From Klebsormidium nitens (Eukaryota > Plantae > Klebsormidiophyceae), in NCBI GenBank assembly GCA_000708835.1, contig DF237464.1, positions 1,666 to 65,665 on the forward strand: a stretch of 64,000 bases of DNA. The letters are read 5' to 3'. Positions 62,619 to 64,000 of this stretch are shown here, in pieces. The stretch's first letter is position 1. Every line of letters starts with the position of its first letter. The notes beneath the pieces were generated by a model. It was given only the letters and a program-made list of their open reading frames with translations, was not told where the DNA came from and did not search any database. Made by a program: the position numbers and the translations under genes.

Positions 62619-62822
62619 CTAACAAATTCGAATTTGTCGGTTCGCACAGGAGAACCGAAATTCTTCACTAATTACAAACGTGAAGAATTAACAATTCTCT
62701 TGTTTGCTGTTCGACAACATGTCGAATGCAATTGTCATGCAATTGTGAGAGAGCGAACAAATTGATTTGGAAGCGCAAAGTGGAGCAAGCAGAAGAAAGA
62801 GGCAGGGTTAAGAGAAAACGGG

Positions 62823-63944
62823 TTATCCTAACCGCGCCTCGCGCTCGAATAAGCAAAGCTCCTCTAACGAAATGTTCGGCTGGAGGCCGAGATTCGCTGT
62901 CACGGAGAGACGTGCCTGGAGTTTGCTAACGACGTAGGAGTCCTTCGCTCGCTCGCTGCGTCAGAAGCCGTGCTCCTTGAAGAGGCGGTCAGGGACGTCC
63001 ACGTTGGCGGCGCGCGTCGCGCCACCGCGGCGTCCGGAATGCGTTCTGTACAGCGCAGGATCAAGCCCCAGGCGGGAGGCTGCGTCCTTGAACCAGGAGT
63101 TGACCGTCGTGTACGCGGGCTGGGTTGCGCGCAGATACTGCTGAGAGGAAATCGTGACGGTCCGGATGAGGCCACCCGGACCAAACTGAGAGTACTGACC
63201 AAGCTCGAGAAGATACTCGGTAAGACCAACCGGACAGTAGGGACCGCCGACTCGAGCAATCAGCACCCAACGACCGACACGATACTGGTCGGTCTTGGAC
63301 TTCTCCAAGAACAGCTCCATGTGAGGCGGAAGAAAACGGATCTCGTGCCAGCGGACAGTCATCAGGTCTGAAAAACGGAGGAAAGCGGCGTAACAGAGAG
63401 TAACAGCCGTCAGCTTCATCACGGTGTGGAGATTATGGTCAGGCGACCAACGCCAGATGTCGGCCAGCCGCCGAACGTGCGAAGCTAGAAGAGGCATCTT
63501 CGTTTTTTGACCAGAGAGGCGAGTACGCTTAGCGATTTCGCGGACCATCGCAACTAGAGAGTGACCAGTCGGAGACGGGAGACCAGCAAGGCAGTGGTGG
63601 AGGTAAATAGCGGCGGAGCAGGAGAGAATAGGGCTCGGGGAGCTAGCAGAGCGGAGAAGGTGAGTGAGGTAGAGAGCGACAGACAGGGGGGAAGCTGGAA
63701 GAAAGGAGACGCCTTTCTGTGTACACCAAAGCTTGAAACGGAACCAAGGGCCAGAATAGGTCTTGAAGGTTCCCGCAGCGCGAGAAGAGCCAGTCAATTG
63801 TTGAAGCTCGGAAAACAGGCTGTTGATATCCTGATCGTCCGGAGAGAAACCGGCTGCAGACAGGTTCCAGTCGCCGTGCAAGAAAATCTCTGCGAGATAA
63901 ACAAATGAGATGACTTCAGTAAGAAGTACAAAACAGGAACTCAC
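62823..63944 (-). pseudogene. DIRS-type tyrosine recombinase with a premature stop
   Basis: Catalytic motifs LRFSDL (R), KSKTDQ (K), THSGRRGGAT (HxxR) and KEHGF, then TGA at 62961-62963, then in-frame RSERAKDSYV..., ending at TAA 62823-62825. The catalytic Tyr codon (62934-62936) lies after the stop. Confidence 0.9.
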
Positions 63945-64000
63945 CCGAAGAAAACGAGATGTGACGGTTGGACAGGGTTTTCACGCTGCCTGTCTACTTC

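Larger units (their letters stand above)
61862..64000 (-). mobile_element. 3' end of a tyrosine-recombinase retrotransposon (DIRS order, split-direct-repeat PAT/TOC1/Ngaro-like organisation); continues beyond the right edge
   Basis: A YR ORF (63944-62823) is followed by a 99-bp repeat (62694-62792), about 700 bp of unique sequence, and a second copy of the 99-bp repeat (61862-61960, 2 mismatches). This matches the B1-A2-B2 layout. The RT/RNase H region is not in the window. Confidence 0.8.

Overview
Gene-dense, intron-rich eukaryotic nuclear DNA from a green plant-lineage organism. A VAMP72 SNARE, a plant-type beta-carotene hydroxylase, a flagellar CFAP57 gene and a U12 (minor-spliceosome) intron together suggest a streptophyte alga, for example a Klebsormidium-like species (inference). 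I can build 11 spliced protein-coding genes. From left to right: HflX GTPase (-, runs off the left edge), an M3 thimet oligopeptidase (+), an unknown coiled-coil protein (-), a PKA-like AGC kinase (-), beta-carotene hydroxylase (+), a second unknown protein (-), CFAP57/WDR65 (-), an ICL/PEP-mutase family enzyme (+), phosphatidylserine synthase (-), VAMP72 (+) and XRCC2 (-). Two mobile elements are present. One is a 985-bp non-autonomous TIR element in a GTTAAC target with piggyBac-like end architecture (31035-32019). The other is the 3' end of a tyrosine-recombinase (DIRS-order) retrotransposon with split direct repeats (61862 to the right edge), whose recombinase carries a single TGG>TGA nonsense change upstream of the catalytic tyrosine. 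Other notable points are an AT-AC U12 intron and a GC-AG intron flanking the same PSS exon, two further GC-AG introns, a GTAC motif cluster upstream of the carotene hydroxylase, and a duplicated hairpin in an otherwise empty intergenic region. All gene names come from motif recognition by eye; no database search was run.
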